64,000 nt of DNA, taken from the NCBI GenBank assembly GCA_963719315.1, contig CAVRBU010000004.1, positions 384,001 through 448,000 on the forward strand. The letters run 5' to 3'. This DNA comes from an uncultured Planctomycetota bacterium. GTDB taxonomy: Bacteria > Planctomycetota > Planctomycetia > Pirellulales > Lacipirellulaceae. This document shows positions 29,398 to 39,694 of the stretch, in pieces. The notes beneath the pieces are model-generated. The model was not told the origin of the DNA and searched no databases. It saw only the letters and a list, made by a program, of their open reading frames with translations. The number at the start of each line of letters is the position of its first letter. Within the stretch, counting starts at the first letter, position 1. The position numbers were made by a program, and so were the translations under genes.

Positions 29398-30210
29398 ATG
29401 GCAACCCGCTGGCTTAAGTTGAGCGTGGCCTACGATGGCGGTGCGTACTCCGGTTGGCAGGAGCAGCCCGATAGGCCGACGGTGCAGGGGGCGCTCGAAG
29501 CGACGTGGCAGCGGCTTACGCAGGAGACGATACGCGTGACGGCCGCTGGGCGGACCGATGCCGGTGTCCATGCACTCGGTCAAGTCGTGGGTCTCTCGAC
29601 GGAGACGCGGCTATCGAACGAAGACTTGCACCGCGGATTGAATGCTCTACTACCAAACGACATCGCAGTCACAACGATCGAAGACGCATCGGAAAACTTC
29701 CACGCAACGTATGATGCGATCGGCAAGAGGTATCGCTATCACATCCACACTGGGCGCGCGCCCTCGGTGTTCAGCCGGCACTATGCGTGGCACTATCCGC
29801 AATCGTTGGATGTGGCCGCGATGCACTCGGCGGGGCAGGGGCTCGTCGGGAGGCACGATTTTTCGAGCTTCGAAACCGCCGGCTCCGAACGGCCCGATTC
29901 AATTCGCACGATCCATGAGCTAACAGTTGCAGGCGGCGCCTGTGTAGCCGAGTTTCTCCGAAAATCGGATTTGGCAGTTTCGGAGAAACTGCCCTACGCG
30001 GCGTCTTCCAGCCACATAACGATTGACGTCGCCGGCGACGGGTTTCTTTACAACATGGTGCGGACCATTGTCGGCACGCTCGTCGAAGTCGGCGTCGGCA
30101 AGCGCGGCACTGCCTGGCCCGCCGAAGTGCTTGCGGCACGGGATCGCCGCCGGGCCGGCCAGACCGCGCCGCCGCATGGATTGTTTTTGGTCGAAGTGTA
30201 CTATCCGTAG
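29398..30210 (+). CDS. truA: tRNA pseudouridine(38-40) synthase
   Basis: YDG..YSGWQ.Q, AGRTDAGVHA, GRHDFSSF, GFLYNMVR, TAPPHGL. Confidence 0.95.
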   Translation: MATRWLKLSVAYDGGAYSGWQEQPDRPTVQGALEATWQRLTQETIRVTAAGRTDAGVHALGQVVGLSTETRLSNEDLHRGLNALLPNDIAVTTIEDASENFHATYDAIGKRYRYHIHTGRAPSVFSRHYAWHYPQSLDVAAMHSAGQGLVGRHDFSSFETAGSERPDSIRTIHELTVAGGACVAEFLRKSDLAVSEKLPYAASSSHITIDVAGDGFLYNMVRTIVGTLVEVGVGKRGTAWPAEVLAARDRRRAGQTAPPHGLFLVEVYYP

Positions 30211-30397
30211 ATCCGCCGAGCCGAAACGCAGCTTGAAGGATGGCACCGCTCGACTCGCGGCACGGACAACGGCCGACGTATCCAGCTTTCCGCATCTTCG
30301 GCTGCGGGCTAGACTTAATGCAACGACAAATTACGTGGCAACGTCGGCGAACGGCTTCCAAACCCTCGACTCTCAACCTTCGACCCTAGACCGTCCA

Positions 30398-31294
30398 GTG
30401 GCTGCAACTCAACAAATCGTCGGCAACTACCGCTTGTTTCATTTGATTCGTGCGGGTGCGATCTACGAGATCTGGGCCGTGCGGCCCGTTTCGGATAACA
30501 CACCATATGCCATCAAGTGGCTGCCGCCGGGGCCAAAGCACACGCGCTCCAACATCGGCGAGTTGAAGCACGAGTACACGGTGGGTGTTTTGCTCGATCA
30601 CTCGAACGTCATCAAAACATTGGATTTCGGCAACACATCCAACGGCGCGTTCATGTTGCTCGAGCTGTTCAAGGTCCCCAACCTCAAACAGCACATCATT
30701 TCGAACGGCTACAAGAAGCTGCAGTATCGGGCGAAAAACATCCTCGTCGCGGCGGCCGCATCGCTGGCGCATTTGCACGATAAAGGGTGGATTCATCGCG
30801 ACATCAAGCCGGATAATTTCTTGCTTCGCGATGACGATATGATCAAACTCATCGACTTCAACCTTGCCCGGAAACCGACCGGCGGATTGAGCAAATTGTT
30901 CGGTGGCAAGACCAAGGTAATCCAGGGCACTCACAGTTACATGTCGCCCGAACAAATTCGTGGCCAATCGCTGGATTTTCGAGCCGACATTTATAGCTTC
31001 GGGTGCCTAATCCACGAATTTTTCGCGGGCAAGGCGCCGTTCACGGCCAATTCGCCCAATGAATTGCTGCAGCGTCACCTGAGCACACGGCCGCAGCCAC
31101 TAACCGTGTTCGACAAGAATATCACGCCCGAGTTCGCGACCTACGTGCAGCGTCTGATGGCCAAGGATCCGAAAGATCGCCCGGCCAACATGAAAGATGT
31201 GATGATGGAGCTCAAGACGCAGAAAATGTTTTACAACCCGCCGCAACCGCCGAGCGCGGAGGATGAAGCGAAAACAACCTTGGAGGAGGATTGA
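30398..31294 (+). CDS. Hanks-type Ser/Thr protein kinase, cytoplasmic
   Basis: AIK, HRDIKPDN, DFN, GTHSYMSPEQ, DIYSFG; GTG start inferred. Confidence 0.88.
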   Translation: MAATQQIVGNYRLFHLIRAGAIYEIWAVRPVSDNTPYAIKWLPPGPKHTRSNIGELKHEYTVGVLLDHSNVIKTLDFGNTSNGAFMLLELFKVPNLKQHIISNGYKKLQYRAKNILVAAAASLAHLHDKGWIHRDIKPDNFLLRDDDMIKLIDFNLARKPTGGLSKLFGGKTKVIQGTHSYMSPEQIRGQSLDFRADIYSFGCLIHEFFAGKAPFTANSPNELLQRHLSTRPQPLTVFDKNITPEFATYVQRLMAKDPKDRPANMKDVMMELKTQKMFYNPPQPPSAEDEAKTTLEED

Positions 31295-31358
31295 GGATGA
31301 AGGAGGCAGGTTGGTTTTCCCTGCATCCCCCATCCGGCATCCCGTATCCTAGCTCAAC

Positions 31359-32366
31359 ATGGCAAGCTCTACTTACCGCTTAGCATTTGAACAACCGATG
31401 TATCGGCTCGAGGAGCAAATTGCTCAGCTCGAAGCGACCGAGCCGAAGACGCCCGAGTTGCGCGATCAGGTGCGCGTACTGAAGCGAGAGTTGGCCGACA
31501 CGACGCGGCGGGTTTATAGCCAGCTCGATCCTTGGGAAACGGTGCAAGTCGCTCGGCATCCCGATCGCCCGATGCTGACGGATTATCTCAACTTGTTGTT
31601 CGACGAGTTCGTTGAGTTGCACGGCGACAAATTCTACGGCGACGATCGCGCGCTGCGCACTGGTTTCGCCAAGCTCGACCGCTACAAGGTGCTCGTCGTC
31701 GGCCATTACAAAGGCAAGACGCTCAAAGAGCGGAACGAGTGCTTTTTTGGCTGTGCGCATCCCGAAGGCTATCGCAAGGCGATCGCCAAGATGCGGCTGG
31801 CAGCCAAATACAAGTTGCCGATTATCTGCCTGATTGATACGCCGGGCGCGTATCCGGGCATCGGCGCCGAGGAGCGCGGCCAGGCGCAGGTCATCGCCGA
31901 GAGCATGCTCGAGATGTCGCGCCTGCCGACGCCGATCATCTGCGTAGTGATCGGTGAGGGCGGCTCCGGAGGGGCGCTCGGGATCGGCGTCGGCGATCGC
32001 GTCGCTGTGTTGCAGTTCGCCTACTACTCGGTCATCAGCCCCGAAGGCTGTGCCGGCATCCTGTGGAAGAGCCACGACTTCGCTGGCGACGCCGCACGGG
32101 CACTGAAACTAACATCGCAGTATTTGCACGAGCTCGGCTGCGTGGATGACGTGATCGAAGAGCCGCTCGGCGCCGCGCATCGCGATCATCACCAGATGGC
32201 GACTCGCCTCAAGATGTATCTACTCAAATCGTTGCGCGAGCTGGTAGAGCTTCCAACCGAAAAACTCCTCGCCGCCCGCTACGACAAATTCCGCCGCATG
32301 GGCCAGTTCCTCGAAGGCGAAGCCGCCGGGCCGCCGCCAGCGCCCAAAAACGGCAAACCCCAGTAG
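31359..32366 (+). CDS. accA: Acetyl-CoA carboxylase carboxyltransferase alpha subunit
   Basis: ARHPDRP, PEGYRKA, IDTPGAYPGIGAEERGQ, GEGGSGGA, YSVISPEGCA. Confidence 0.96.
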   Translation: MASSTYRLAFEQPMYRLEEQIAQLEATEPKTPELRDQVRVLKRELADTTRRVYSQLDPWETVQVARHPDRPMLTDYLNLLFDEFVELHGDKFYGDDRALRTGFAKLDRYKVLVVGHYKGKTLKERNECFFGCAHPEGYRKAIAKMRLAAKYKLPIICLIDTPGAYPGIGAEERGQAQVIAESMLEMSRLPTPIICVVIGEGGSGGALGIGVGDRVAVLQFAYYSVISPEGCAGILWKSHDFAGDAARALKLTSQYLHELGCVDDVIEEPLGAAHRDHHQMATRLKMYLLKSLRELVELPTEKLLAARYDKFRRMGQFLEGEAAGPPPAPKNGKPQ

Positions 32367-32405
32367 GTCGGCCTAGCCGAGGCCGACAATTTAAGTCGCC
32401 GAATT

Positions 32406-32470
32406 GTTCAGAAGAAAACAGAGGAAACAGAGTCGGAATGTTTCTCTGTTAACTCTGTTTCCTCCTGTTC
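32406..32470. repeat. Inverted repeat of AACAGAG/CTCTGTT units
   Basis: AAACAGAGGAAACAGAG ... CTCTGTTAACTCTGTTTCCTCCTGTT. Confidence 0.6.
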
Positions 32471-32493
32471 ATAATTCATTGTCTCTTCTTTGT

Positions 32494-33105
32494 ATGGAAC
32501 TAATCGAAATCAGATTGCCGCCCGCCGTCGCTCGCCCACGGTTCCGCTTTGGCTTGAAAGCCCTTTTCCTGTTTACAACGCTGCTCTGCGTGTGGCTGGG
32601 CTACAAGTACGAGCGGGTGCGCCGCGCCAACGAGCTCATCGCCCGCCATCAGGCAGTCCTAGAAGTGATCGTTAGACGAATCGCGACACCGCCCGAAGGC
32701 ACGTTCTATGTGTTCGGCCGTGAGAGCGCAGACCAGCTCCTATACAAACTGAGTTTTCCTGGCGAACATTTTCGCCGCCAAACGATCTTGGACGTCGGCC
32801 ACTCGGCCTCATCCATGACTCAAGACGAGATCATTGATGTTTCGAAGCTCCTTGCGACCAAAAAGCCGAATGATGTCGTCGTCCAGTTGGCACATTATTA
32901 CGGTGCCGATTTGGCTTCGGTGGGATTGCAACTAACGACTTCCGGTTACAGGGGCAACCACGGCGACTTGAGCGTATCTCGCGACGTGTGGAATTCCCCT
33001 AACAACGACCTTGTCGTGGTCATCGATGCCGAGATCGATCCGAAATCCCAGCGTGCTTTTGTTTCCGTAATGCTAATAGACGGCCAACAACTTCATTTAT
33101 GGTGA
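32494..33105 (+). CDS. Hypothetical membrane-anchored protein
   Basis: RFRFGLKALFLFTTLLCVWLG N-terminal anchor of a type common in planctomycetes. Confidence 0.6.
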   Translation: MELIEIRLPPAVARPRFRFGLKALFLFTTLLCVWLGYKYERVRRANELIARHQAVLEVIVRRIATPPEGTFYVFGRESADQLLYKLSFPGEHFRRQTILDVGHSASSMTQDEIIDVSKLLATKKPNDVVVQLAHYYGADLASVGLQLTTSGYRGNHGDLSVSRDVWNSPNNDLVVVIDAEIDPKSQRAFVSVMLIDGQQLHLW

Positions 33106-33408
33106 CCCCCTCTTTTTTGGCGCCGATTCGTTTCAGCGCCGAAAAACCGATCGCACAGAATCGCTCCAGACGAGCGCCGACCGATGAACTCGACCAGAGC
33201 TAAGCGAACGCTCATAAAGCCGCGATCGCTGGTCGCGGCTTCGGCGGGCAGGGCGGCCATAGCGCAAATCTCGGCCCCAATGCCCAACGTCCGATAATCG
33301 CTCTTATGTTCGTTTCGGGGGCGGTTTTCCCCGGGGTTTACCGCAACTCGCCACAACGCGGCGTGACTCGCATTCGCCTGCCTCGCCGTGGTGCATTACA
33401 ATTCATGT

Positions 33409-33732
33409 ATGGAACCGACACTAACTCAGCACATTGAAGTTCGTCCCGACAAGTGCGGCGGCAAGCCTTGCATCGCCGGCACGCGGATCCGGGTTTGGGA
33501 TATCTACGTGCTTAGCGAACGCTTGGGCAAGACACCGGACGAAATCCGGGCCGATTACGCCGAATTGTCGCTGGCCGATATCCACGCCGCCCTGGCCTAC
33601 TATTTCGACCATCAGGCGGAGATCGACGCCCAAATGAAGGCCGCCGACGATTTCGTGGATCAACTTAAAGCTGTGACCGGCCCCGGTCCTCTGACCGAAA
33701 TGCTTTTGCGGCGTGATTCGATCTCATCTTGA
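33409..33732 (+). CDS. DUF433 family antitoxin
   Basis: CGGKPCIAGTRIRV...LSLADIHAALAYY. Confidence 0.88.
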   Translation: MEPTLTQHIEVRPDKCGGKPCIAGTRIRVWDIYVLSERLGKTPDEIRADYAELSLADIHAALAYYFDHQAEIDAQMKAADDFVDQLKAVTGPGPLTEMLLRRDSISS

Positions 33733-34039
33733 TCAGCACGTCTCGAACTCAATCGCCCGCGGGCTACGCGTGCGCGGCGTCGATGTCACCACAACATCCG
33801 AAGCCGGCCTTCAAGATGCTCCTGACGAGGAGCAACTCGCCTACTTGTTGCAAACCGAGCGGGTAATCTTTACGCACGATGATGACTTCTTACGAATTCA
33901 TCGCTCCGGCGTGGAGCATCCGGGAATTGTGTTCTCCAAGCAAGGAGCCCGAAGCATTGGCGAGGTCATTCGCTTCCTAAAGCTCATGAATGACTGCCTT
34001 GAAGCCCAGGACATGCGGCGCAGAGTCGAGTATTTCTAA
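33713..34039 (+). CDS. DUF5615 / PIN-like toxin
   Basis: LDQHV, LRVRGVDV, DEEQL, FTHDDDF, HPGI; overlaps DUF433 gene. Confidence 0.82.
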   Translation: MIRSHLDQHVSNSIARGLRVRGVDVTTTSEAGLQDAPDEEQLAYLLQTERVIFTHDDDFLRIHRSGVEHPGIVFSKQGARSIGEVIRFLKLMNDCLEAQDMRRRVEYF

Positions 34040-34042
34040 GCG

Positions 34043-34312
34043 ATGGCCTACGACGACTCTTACGACGACGAAGATTGGTACGACGACGATGACGAGCCGG
34101 GCGAGGAAGCGGCCGCCGACTGCCCCGAGTGCGGCGAGCCATTCTACGCGGTCAGCGACAAGTGCCCTGCTTGCGGGTATTGGCTTTCGGACGCAGATCG
34201 ACGAGCCATGTGGTCCGGCGAGGACAAACCGGCGTGGATCAGAGTGACCGCGTCGATAGTGCTGATTGCAATCGTTGTTGGGCTGTTGGTGGCTGGCGTG
34301 GCGTTTTTCTGA
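34043..34312 (+). CDS. Small zinc-ribbon membrane protein
   Basis: Acidic N-terminus, CPECG..CPACG, C-terminal TM helix. Confidence 0.7.
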   Translation: MAYDDSYDDEDWYDDDDEPGEEAAADCPECGEPFYAVSDKCPACGYWLSDADRRAMWSGEDKPAWIRVTASIVLIAIVVGLLVAGVAFF

Positions 34313-34372
34313 ATGGGTGTCCGGGCACGCGCAGTGCAGCGTTCCGCGACCAGCGGTCGCGGCTTTATGTCG

Positions 34373-35167
34373 TTAATAGTCGCGGCTGGCGGGGACTTCG
34401 GCCGAGTAGGGGCCGGGGAATGGCTGGGGCTCGCGTTGGGGCGCGTATGGGTCGCGCGTGTCGGCCGTTCGAGGTTGCGTTTCCGGCGCAGTCGGCCAGG
34501 CCGGCTGTGTCTGAGTCGATGTCGGCCACGCCGGTTGCTGGGGTAACGGCGCTTGTGTTTGTGGCCAGGGGATTTGGGGCATGCCGACCGGCAAGTTTGA
34601 CTTTACTTCGTTCTGCCACAACTGCTGCAGGTCCTGGGCATGCGGTTGGAAGTTCGGATTCAATCGTTCCTCAATTTTGTTGAGGTACGGATCGAGCACC
34701 TGATGCAACTCCGGCGGAAAGACGGAATGGGCTTTGTCGAGTAGGGCGACGATGTAATGGCCCGATTGCGACGATGCGATCACCTGGCCTTGCGGCTGCG
34801 GCGACAACGTGACGGCAAAGAAAGTGATCGCAATGCACAACAGAACTCCCTTGGCAAATCCGAACATGGCGCCGAGCTGTTTGTCGAACGATTCGAGCCG
34901 CACCTTGTCGATCGCGCCGGAGACAAATCGGAACAGCATCCAAATGACGAATGAGGTGCCGACGTAAATCGCCAACATGGCGGCGAACCGATTGAGCGGC
35001 GCTTGTTGTCCGAACATCGGGGCGAGCTGCGCGCTGAATCGTAGCGAGACGAAGTAACTGGCCACGAACGACGTGAGCGACGCGATCTGCCAGGCCATGC
35101 CTTTCCAGAAACCGAAGATCGTGGCGCCGACCAGAACCAACAGCATCAACGCGTCGTAGGTTTGCAT
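34373..35167 (-). CDS. CvpA family protein with Pro/Gln-rich tail
   Basis: YDALML..GFWKG, DKQLGAMFGFAKG. Confidence 0.82.
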   Translation of the reverse strand: MQTYDALMLLVLVGATIFGFWKGMAWQIASLTSFVASYFVSLRFSAQLAPMFGQQAPLNRFAAMLAIYVGTSFVIWMLFRFVSGAIDKVRLESFDKQLGAMFGFAKGVLLCIAITFFAVTLSPQPQGQVIASSQSGHYIVALLDKAHSVFPPELHQVLDPYLNKIEERLNPNFQPHAQDLQQLWQNEVKSNLPVGMPQIPWPQTQAPLPQQPAWPTSTQTQPAWPTAPETQPRTADTRDPYAPQREPQPFPGPYSAEVPASRDY

Positions 35168-35205
35168 TTTCTTGCCTGCACACGGTGAATGGCGTTGCCC
35201 AATAA

Positions 35206-35290
35206 GTAAGTCCCGCTTGCCGAGCGGGACCTGAGCCGGTTTTGCCACCTTGCGAATTCGCTAAGGTCCCTTCCGGCAGAAGGGACCTAC
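35206..35290. repeat. GTAG-type REP heterodoublet, copy 1
   Basis: GTAAGTCCCGCTTGCCGAGCGGGACC ... GGTCCCTTCCGGCAGAAGGGACCTAC. Confidence 0.8.
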
Positions 35291-35526
35291 CACAACTTTG
35301 CGAGCGAAGCCGGGCGTGAATATAACGTCGTGCCAGCATTCGGCGAAGGTCATTCGGTACGGCCGATGGACGCTAGCATTCTGCGCAGTGCGCCAGCAAG
35401 GTAATTTGCTGGCGCAACACGACCGAGTGCCTGCGCGTAATTCGAAGTAGCCGTAGTGCTTTGCTCGCCGGGATTTGCTATAGCATCTGCCGCGCCGCGT
35501 GTTGCGCACGAGTGGAAGGAGCGTTC

Positions 35527-36513
35527 ATGGCCGGCTTTCGCATGCATGTTGGTACGAGCACCGTGCTCGGCTGCGGCTACGCCGGTGCGCTGGCCCTTGG
35601 GTACGGAGTGCCCGCGAACACGGCGATCGTGTGTGGCGCGATGTGCGGTTTCGGCGGCATGCTGCCCGACCTCGACAGCGATTACGGCGTGCCGCTCCGT
35701 GAGACAATGGCGTTCACGGCCGCCACGATTCCGATGTTCATGGTCAACCGCTTTCAAACGCTCGGGCTTGGCACCGATGCCATGGCGCTGGCGGCCGTGG
35801 GCATGTATCTGTTCGTGCGATTTGGCATCACGAACATGATTCGCAAATACACAGTCCATCGCGGAATGTTCCACAGCATTCCGGCGATGTTCATCTTTGG
35901 CGGGATCGCATTTCTGGTGTGCGGCGGATCACCGTTCGAATTTCGCTGCCTGAAGGCCGGCGGCCTGATGGGCGGTTTCTTGTCGCATTTGGTCCTCGAC
36001 GAGATTTACGCGGTTGAATTCAAGGGCGGTCGGTGGCGCATGAAAAAGTCGTTCGGTACCGCGATGAAACTCTGGGGCGACAGTCGGGGGTCCAACTTCG
36101 CGGCGTATTCGAAGTTAGCCATCGTCGGCATGGGAATTCTAGGCGAGCCTTCAGTGATGCAACGCATTGCCGCCACCAATCCGCAGCTTGCCGGCCAAAT
36201 CAATGACCTTCGCAATCAATTGGGAACGATTAAGCCAAATTCATTGCCGCAAAACGGATCGGACGTAGCTCGGGCCGCCGTCAAGATCTTTAGCAATGCG
36301 GTGTCGGGTCAAAACCCGAACGCCGCCCCGAGTACCGGCGGCGCCGGATGGCCGCAATATGCGGGGACGCCGCCGCCATTCAATAATGGGCCCGCCCCGG
36401 TGAACAATCAGCCGAACCAATGGCAATGGCCCGCCGCCAACCAGGGACAGCAGCCGAACTACGGCAACTCTTTCGACACCGCCCAGCGGCCGAACGTTCC
36501 CTACCCGCAATAG
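35527..36513 (+). CDS. Membrane metal-dependent hydrolase (YdjM-like) with low-complexity tail
   Basis: MAGFRMH, GGMLPDLD, HRGMFHS, SHLVLD. Confidence 0.82.
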   Translation: MAGFRMHVGTSTVLGCGYAGALALGYGVPANTAIVCGAMCGFGGMLPDLDSDYGVPLRETMAFTAATIPMFMVNRFQTLGLGTDAMALAAVGMYLFVRFGITNMIRKYTVHRGMFHSIPAMFIFGGIAFLVCGGSPFEFRCLKAGGLMGGFLSHLVLDEIYAVEFKGGRWRMKKSFGTAMKLWGDSRGSNFAAYSKLAIVGMGILGEPSVMQRIAATNPQLAGQINDLRNQLGTIKPNSLPQNGSDVARAAVKIFSNAVSGQNPNAAPSTGGAGWPQYAGTPPPFNNGPAPVNNQPNQWQWPAANQGQQPNYGNSFDTAQRPNVPYPQ

Positions 36514-36537
36514 CGCCATCACAATTCCGAGCTATTT

Positions 36538-36681
36538 GCGGCCGCGGCCACGCGGTTGCGACTATCGCACGCAACATTGAGCCAACAACCGTTAAACGCC
36601 TGCTGCCGGCCGCAACCGGGCGTTTGTTCCTTTCTCGATCGGCAACGCGTCTTCCAACCGCAGCCGCGTGGCCGCGGCCGC
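36538..36681. repeat. 23-bp terminal inverted repeat between convergent genes
   Basis: GCGGCCGCGGCCACGCGGTTGCG (36538-36560) / CGCAGCCGCGTGGCCGCGGCCGC (36659-36681), one mismatch. Confidence 0.7.
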
Positions 36682-36693
36682 TAACGCGAAGTG

Positions 36694-37140
36694 TCAGATG
36701 TCCGCCGTGTCGATCCAGAGCGTCACGGGCCCATCGTTTACGAGCGCGACCAGCATGTGCTCGCGAAACTTCCCGGTGGCGACTTCTACACCCGCTTCTC
36801 GTACGTTGGCGACGAACCCCTCGTACAATCGCTCTGCGAGTTCAGGCGGCGCGGCATCGGTGAAGCTCGGCCGCCGGCCTCGGCGGGCGTCGCCGTAGAG
36901 CGTGAATTGGCTCACCACTAACATCGCCCCGCCCGCTTCCATGAGCGAGCGGTTCATTTTGCCGGCGTCATCTTCGAAGATCCGCAGACCGACGATCTTC
37001 TCTGCCAGCCAATTCGCTTCCGATTGGCTGTCGTGGTGCCCAACGCCGAGGAGCACGACCAGGCCGCGGCCGATTCGTCCGGTGGCGGCGCCATCGACGG
37101 TCACCTGTGCCTCGCTCACTCGTTGAATACACGCCCTCAA
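36694..37140 (-). CDS. dtd: D-aminoacyl-tRNA deacylase
   Basis: QRV, LRIFED..GKMN, SQFTL, NDGPVT. Confidence 0.96.
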   Translation of the reverse strand: MRACIQRVSEAQVTVDGAATGRIGRGLVVLLGVGHHDSQSEANWLAEKIVGLRIFEDDAGKMNRSLMEAGGAMLVVSQFTLYGDARRGRRPSFTDAAPPELAERLYEGFVANVREAGVEVATGKFREHMLVALVNDGPVTLWIDTADI

Positions 37141-37257
37141 GAAATAAACCTCCGCGCCCGGCTATTGCCGATTCTCGTGCGATGCTGGATGCTGTTGACA
37201 GAATTGATGGACGCCAAGAATAGGTCCCCGCCCCTGCATCCCGTATCCTATAACCCC

Positions 37258-38258
37258 ATGCCCACGGTCCTGCTCGCCTATTATTCGCGCTGATCCTCGT
37301 CGCGTCGATTGTCGGCGGGATGATTCCGGTGTGGATTCAGCTCACGCACCGCTGGATGCAGTTCTCGGTCAGCTTCGTGGCCGGCGTGATGCTGGGCATC
37401 GGTGTGCTCCACATGCTGCCTCACGCAATTATCGAGGCGGCCAACGCATTGGCAATCGCCGCAGAAACTTCTCCCGGAGGCGCCGCCGCCACGCTTGGTT
37501 CAGTCGTCGCCGAGACCGTGCGATGGATTTCCATATCGCTTTTGGCCGGCATGTTGTCGATGTTCTTTATCGAACGCTTTTTCAGCTACCATCATCACGA
37601 CGTGCCCGATGATGCGGAACCCGAGCCTGGCCATCACGAGCGCGTTCATCACCACGAAGTTCACGTGCATCCGGATCACGATCTGTCGTGGAGCGGAGCC
37701 GCGCTAGGTCTGGCTCTACACAGTGTGCTCAATGGCATCGCTCTTGCCGCCGCGGTGCAACACGGCAGCCACGGTTCGTGGCTGGCCGGGTTTGGCACTT
37801 TCCTTGTGATCTTTCTTCACAAGCCGTTCGATGCCATGACGATTAGCTTGCTGATGGGTCGCGGCGGTTGGAGCCTCCCCTGGCGGAACGCAATCAACGG
37901 CCTGTTTTCGCTATGCATCCCGATCGGCGTCCTGATCTTTTATTTCGGCTTGACGACGGAGACGGCTGGCCCCGGCACTTTTACGCGCCAATGGTACATC
38001 GCGTGCGCGCTGGCGTTCTCGGCCGGTACGTTTCTCTGCATTTCGCTTAGCGACCTGCTGCCCGAATTGCAATTTCATAGCCACGATCGCTTGAAGCTCT
38101 CCGCTGCCTTACTGCTGGGATTGGTCGTGGCTCATTTTGCGGCCCAGATGGAGGCACTTGCGCACACGCCACATACGCCGCCGCCAGCGGTTGGCGAAAC
38201 GGCACGCGGAGCTTGCCTGATACGCTGGCCACCCGCAGGGTTTGCCGGGTTTGCCTGA
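37258..38258 (+). CDS. ZIP family metal transporter; frameshift near 37287
   Basis: AGVMLG..HMLPH, His-rich loop, LHSVLNG, LHKPFD, SAGTFLCISLSDLLPE. Confidence 0.85.
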
Positions 38259-38392
38259 CCGTCGCCAGCGTCGTTTCCATCGAGTTCGGCGAGCGCGGCA
38301 TCCGAAAACGAGAGATGAAGCCTCCGTTTCGTTCCCCCATTCGGTCTGTAGCGAGTTTTGCTTCCCGCTGCGCACCGTCGCAAAGGATGCAT

Positions 38393-39190
38393 ATGTCGGG
38401 CACGCATCACCGCACCTGGCAACAATATCACGTAGGGCATTTGAATATCACCGTGCAACTCGACTCAACGGCCGAAGGCCACAGCGTCGAGCGGCATCAG
38501 GAGTTGGCTGGCGTCGCTCGGCAGTTGATTTCCGCGATGGAAGGCGAGCGAATCCCGGTGACCTGGGCCGTGAGCGACCCGGCGCACTCCGCCGCCACGT
38601 CGCTCATCCTGAAATCGGCGGTGGAACATGAACTGGCGATCCTGGGCGACGCCAATTGGGTCGGTCCGACGGCCGGCCGCACCCGGTTTGCTCGTGAATT
38701 AGTCCGCCGCTCAACACAAGCCCGCGCCGCGGGGCTGCATGTTTCGACGCTGGTGCCGAGCGTGTCCTCGATCGAGGGACAAATTGACCTCGTTGTGAAA
38801 CAGCAGTTCACGGCCGTGGCCGGCGTGAAGGCGCCTGCTGTAGCACGGCCGTTCTTGGAACCGCGTGCATTGCACTATGGCGTTTGGGAATTGCCGGTGT
38901 CGGCCACCCTGCCACTCAAGGCGGCCTGGTTCAGCAGCGGCAAGCGAGCGCTGTGGAGGCGTATCAACCGCGCCGCAAGTGACGCCGGCACGTTTCATTT
39001 GCTGATTGATGCGGCCGCAATCGTTACCTCGGGTAACCGCGAGGAGTCGACTATTAAGTGGCTCGCGCACCGCGTGGCAACGCTTCGAGATCGCGGGCTC
39101 ATCCGAGTTGAGACGTTGCGGGCGACTGCTGCACGGCTGTCGGACGTGCCGGCGGTTTCGCCGCAGCGGTCGATCTTGCGAGTCGCTTAG
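38393..39190 (+). CDS. Hypothetical protein, possibly a degenerate polysaccharide-deacetylase fold
   Basis: IPVTWAV..HELA pattern, GVWELPVS, FHL; start inferred. Confidence 0.5.
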   Translation: MSGTHHRTWQQYHVGHLNITVQLDSTAEGHSVERHQELAGVARQLISAMEGERIPVTWAVSDPAHSAATSLILKSAVEHELAILGDANWVGPTAGRTRFARELVRRSTQARAAGLHVSTLVPSVSSIEGQIDLVVKQQFTAVAGVKAPAVARPFLEPRALHYGVWELPVSATLPLKAAWFSSGKRALWRRINRAASDAGTFHLLIDAAAIVTSGNREESTIKWLAHRVATLRDRGLIRVETLRATAARLSDVPAVSPQRSILRVA

Positions 39191-39370
39191 TAGGTCCCGC
39201 TTGCCGAGCGGGATCTGGTGTTATTGCTCCAACCGTGTCCGGCGCAAGTCACCTGTCCCCGCCGAATCGTCTGACGGCAGATCTCAAATGCCCAGACACC
39301 TTCGGTCAATCAAGTGCGGGGTCGGAAGACCCGCGCACAACCGAGGTTCTTTCCGGCAGAAAGGACCTAC
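39190..39370. repeat. GTAG-type REP heterodoublet, copy 2, with nested hairpins
   Basis: GTAGGTCCCGCTTGCCGAGCGGGATC ... GGTTCTTTCCGGCAGAAAGGACCTAC; inner GTGCGGGGTCGGAAGACCCGCGCAC. Confidence 0.8.
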
Positions 39371-39552
39371 TTCGCTTCCCGAAAAGCGTTCCAGCCGAGA
39401 TAGGCGAGGATCGCGCCGCAAAGTGCTAGCCCCAGGTCGGGCATGACGCCGGCCACCCTCCCAAACGGGGTTTTGAGCGCAAGATCGAGGGCGAACAGCA
39501 GCGCCAATAGACCGCCGATCACCATACCGGCGACAGACATCGCTTTTGCCAT
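39367..39552 (-). CDS. Small two-TM membrane protein
   Basis: MAKAMSVAGMVIGG..FALDLA..PF..D..LAYLGW. Confidence 0.7.
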   Translation of the reverse strand: MAKAMSVAGMVIGGLLALLFALDLALKTPFGRVAGVMPDLGLALCGAILAYLGWNAFREAK

Positions 39553-39694
39553 CGGTCCCGAACCCCGTGTCCCGGCGATTGCGTAAATACCAGCCATAAC
39601 AATATGCCTAGTATAATTACCGGGCCTTCCTTGTCACGGCGTACTTCCCATATCGTGCAAACAACCTATTTTTTGCACACATCGCAGATTTGCG

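Noticed and set aside
33106..33400. Short minus-strand ORF 33093-33356
   Set aside because: No RBS or motif; probably intergenic
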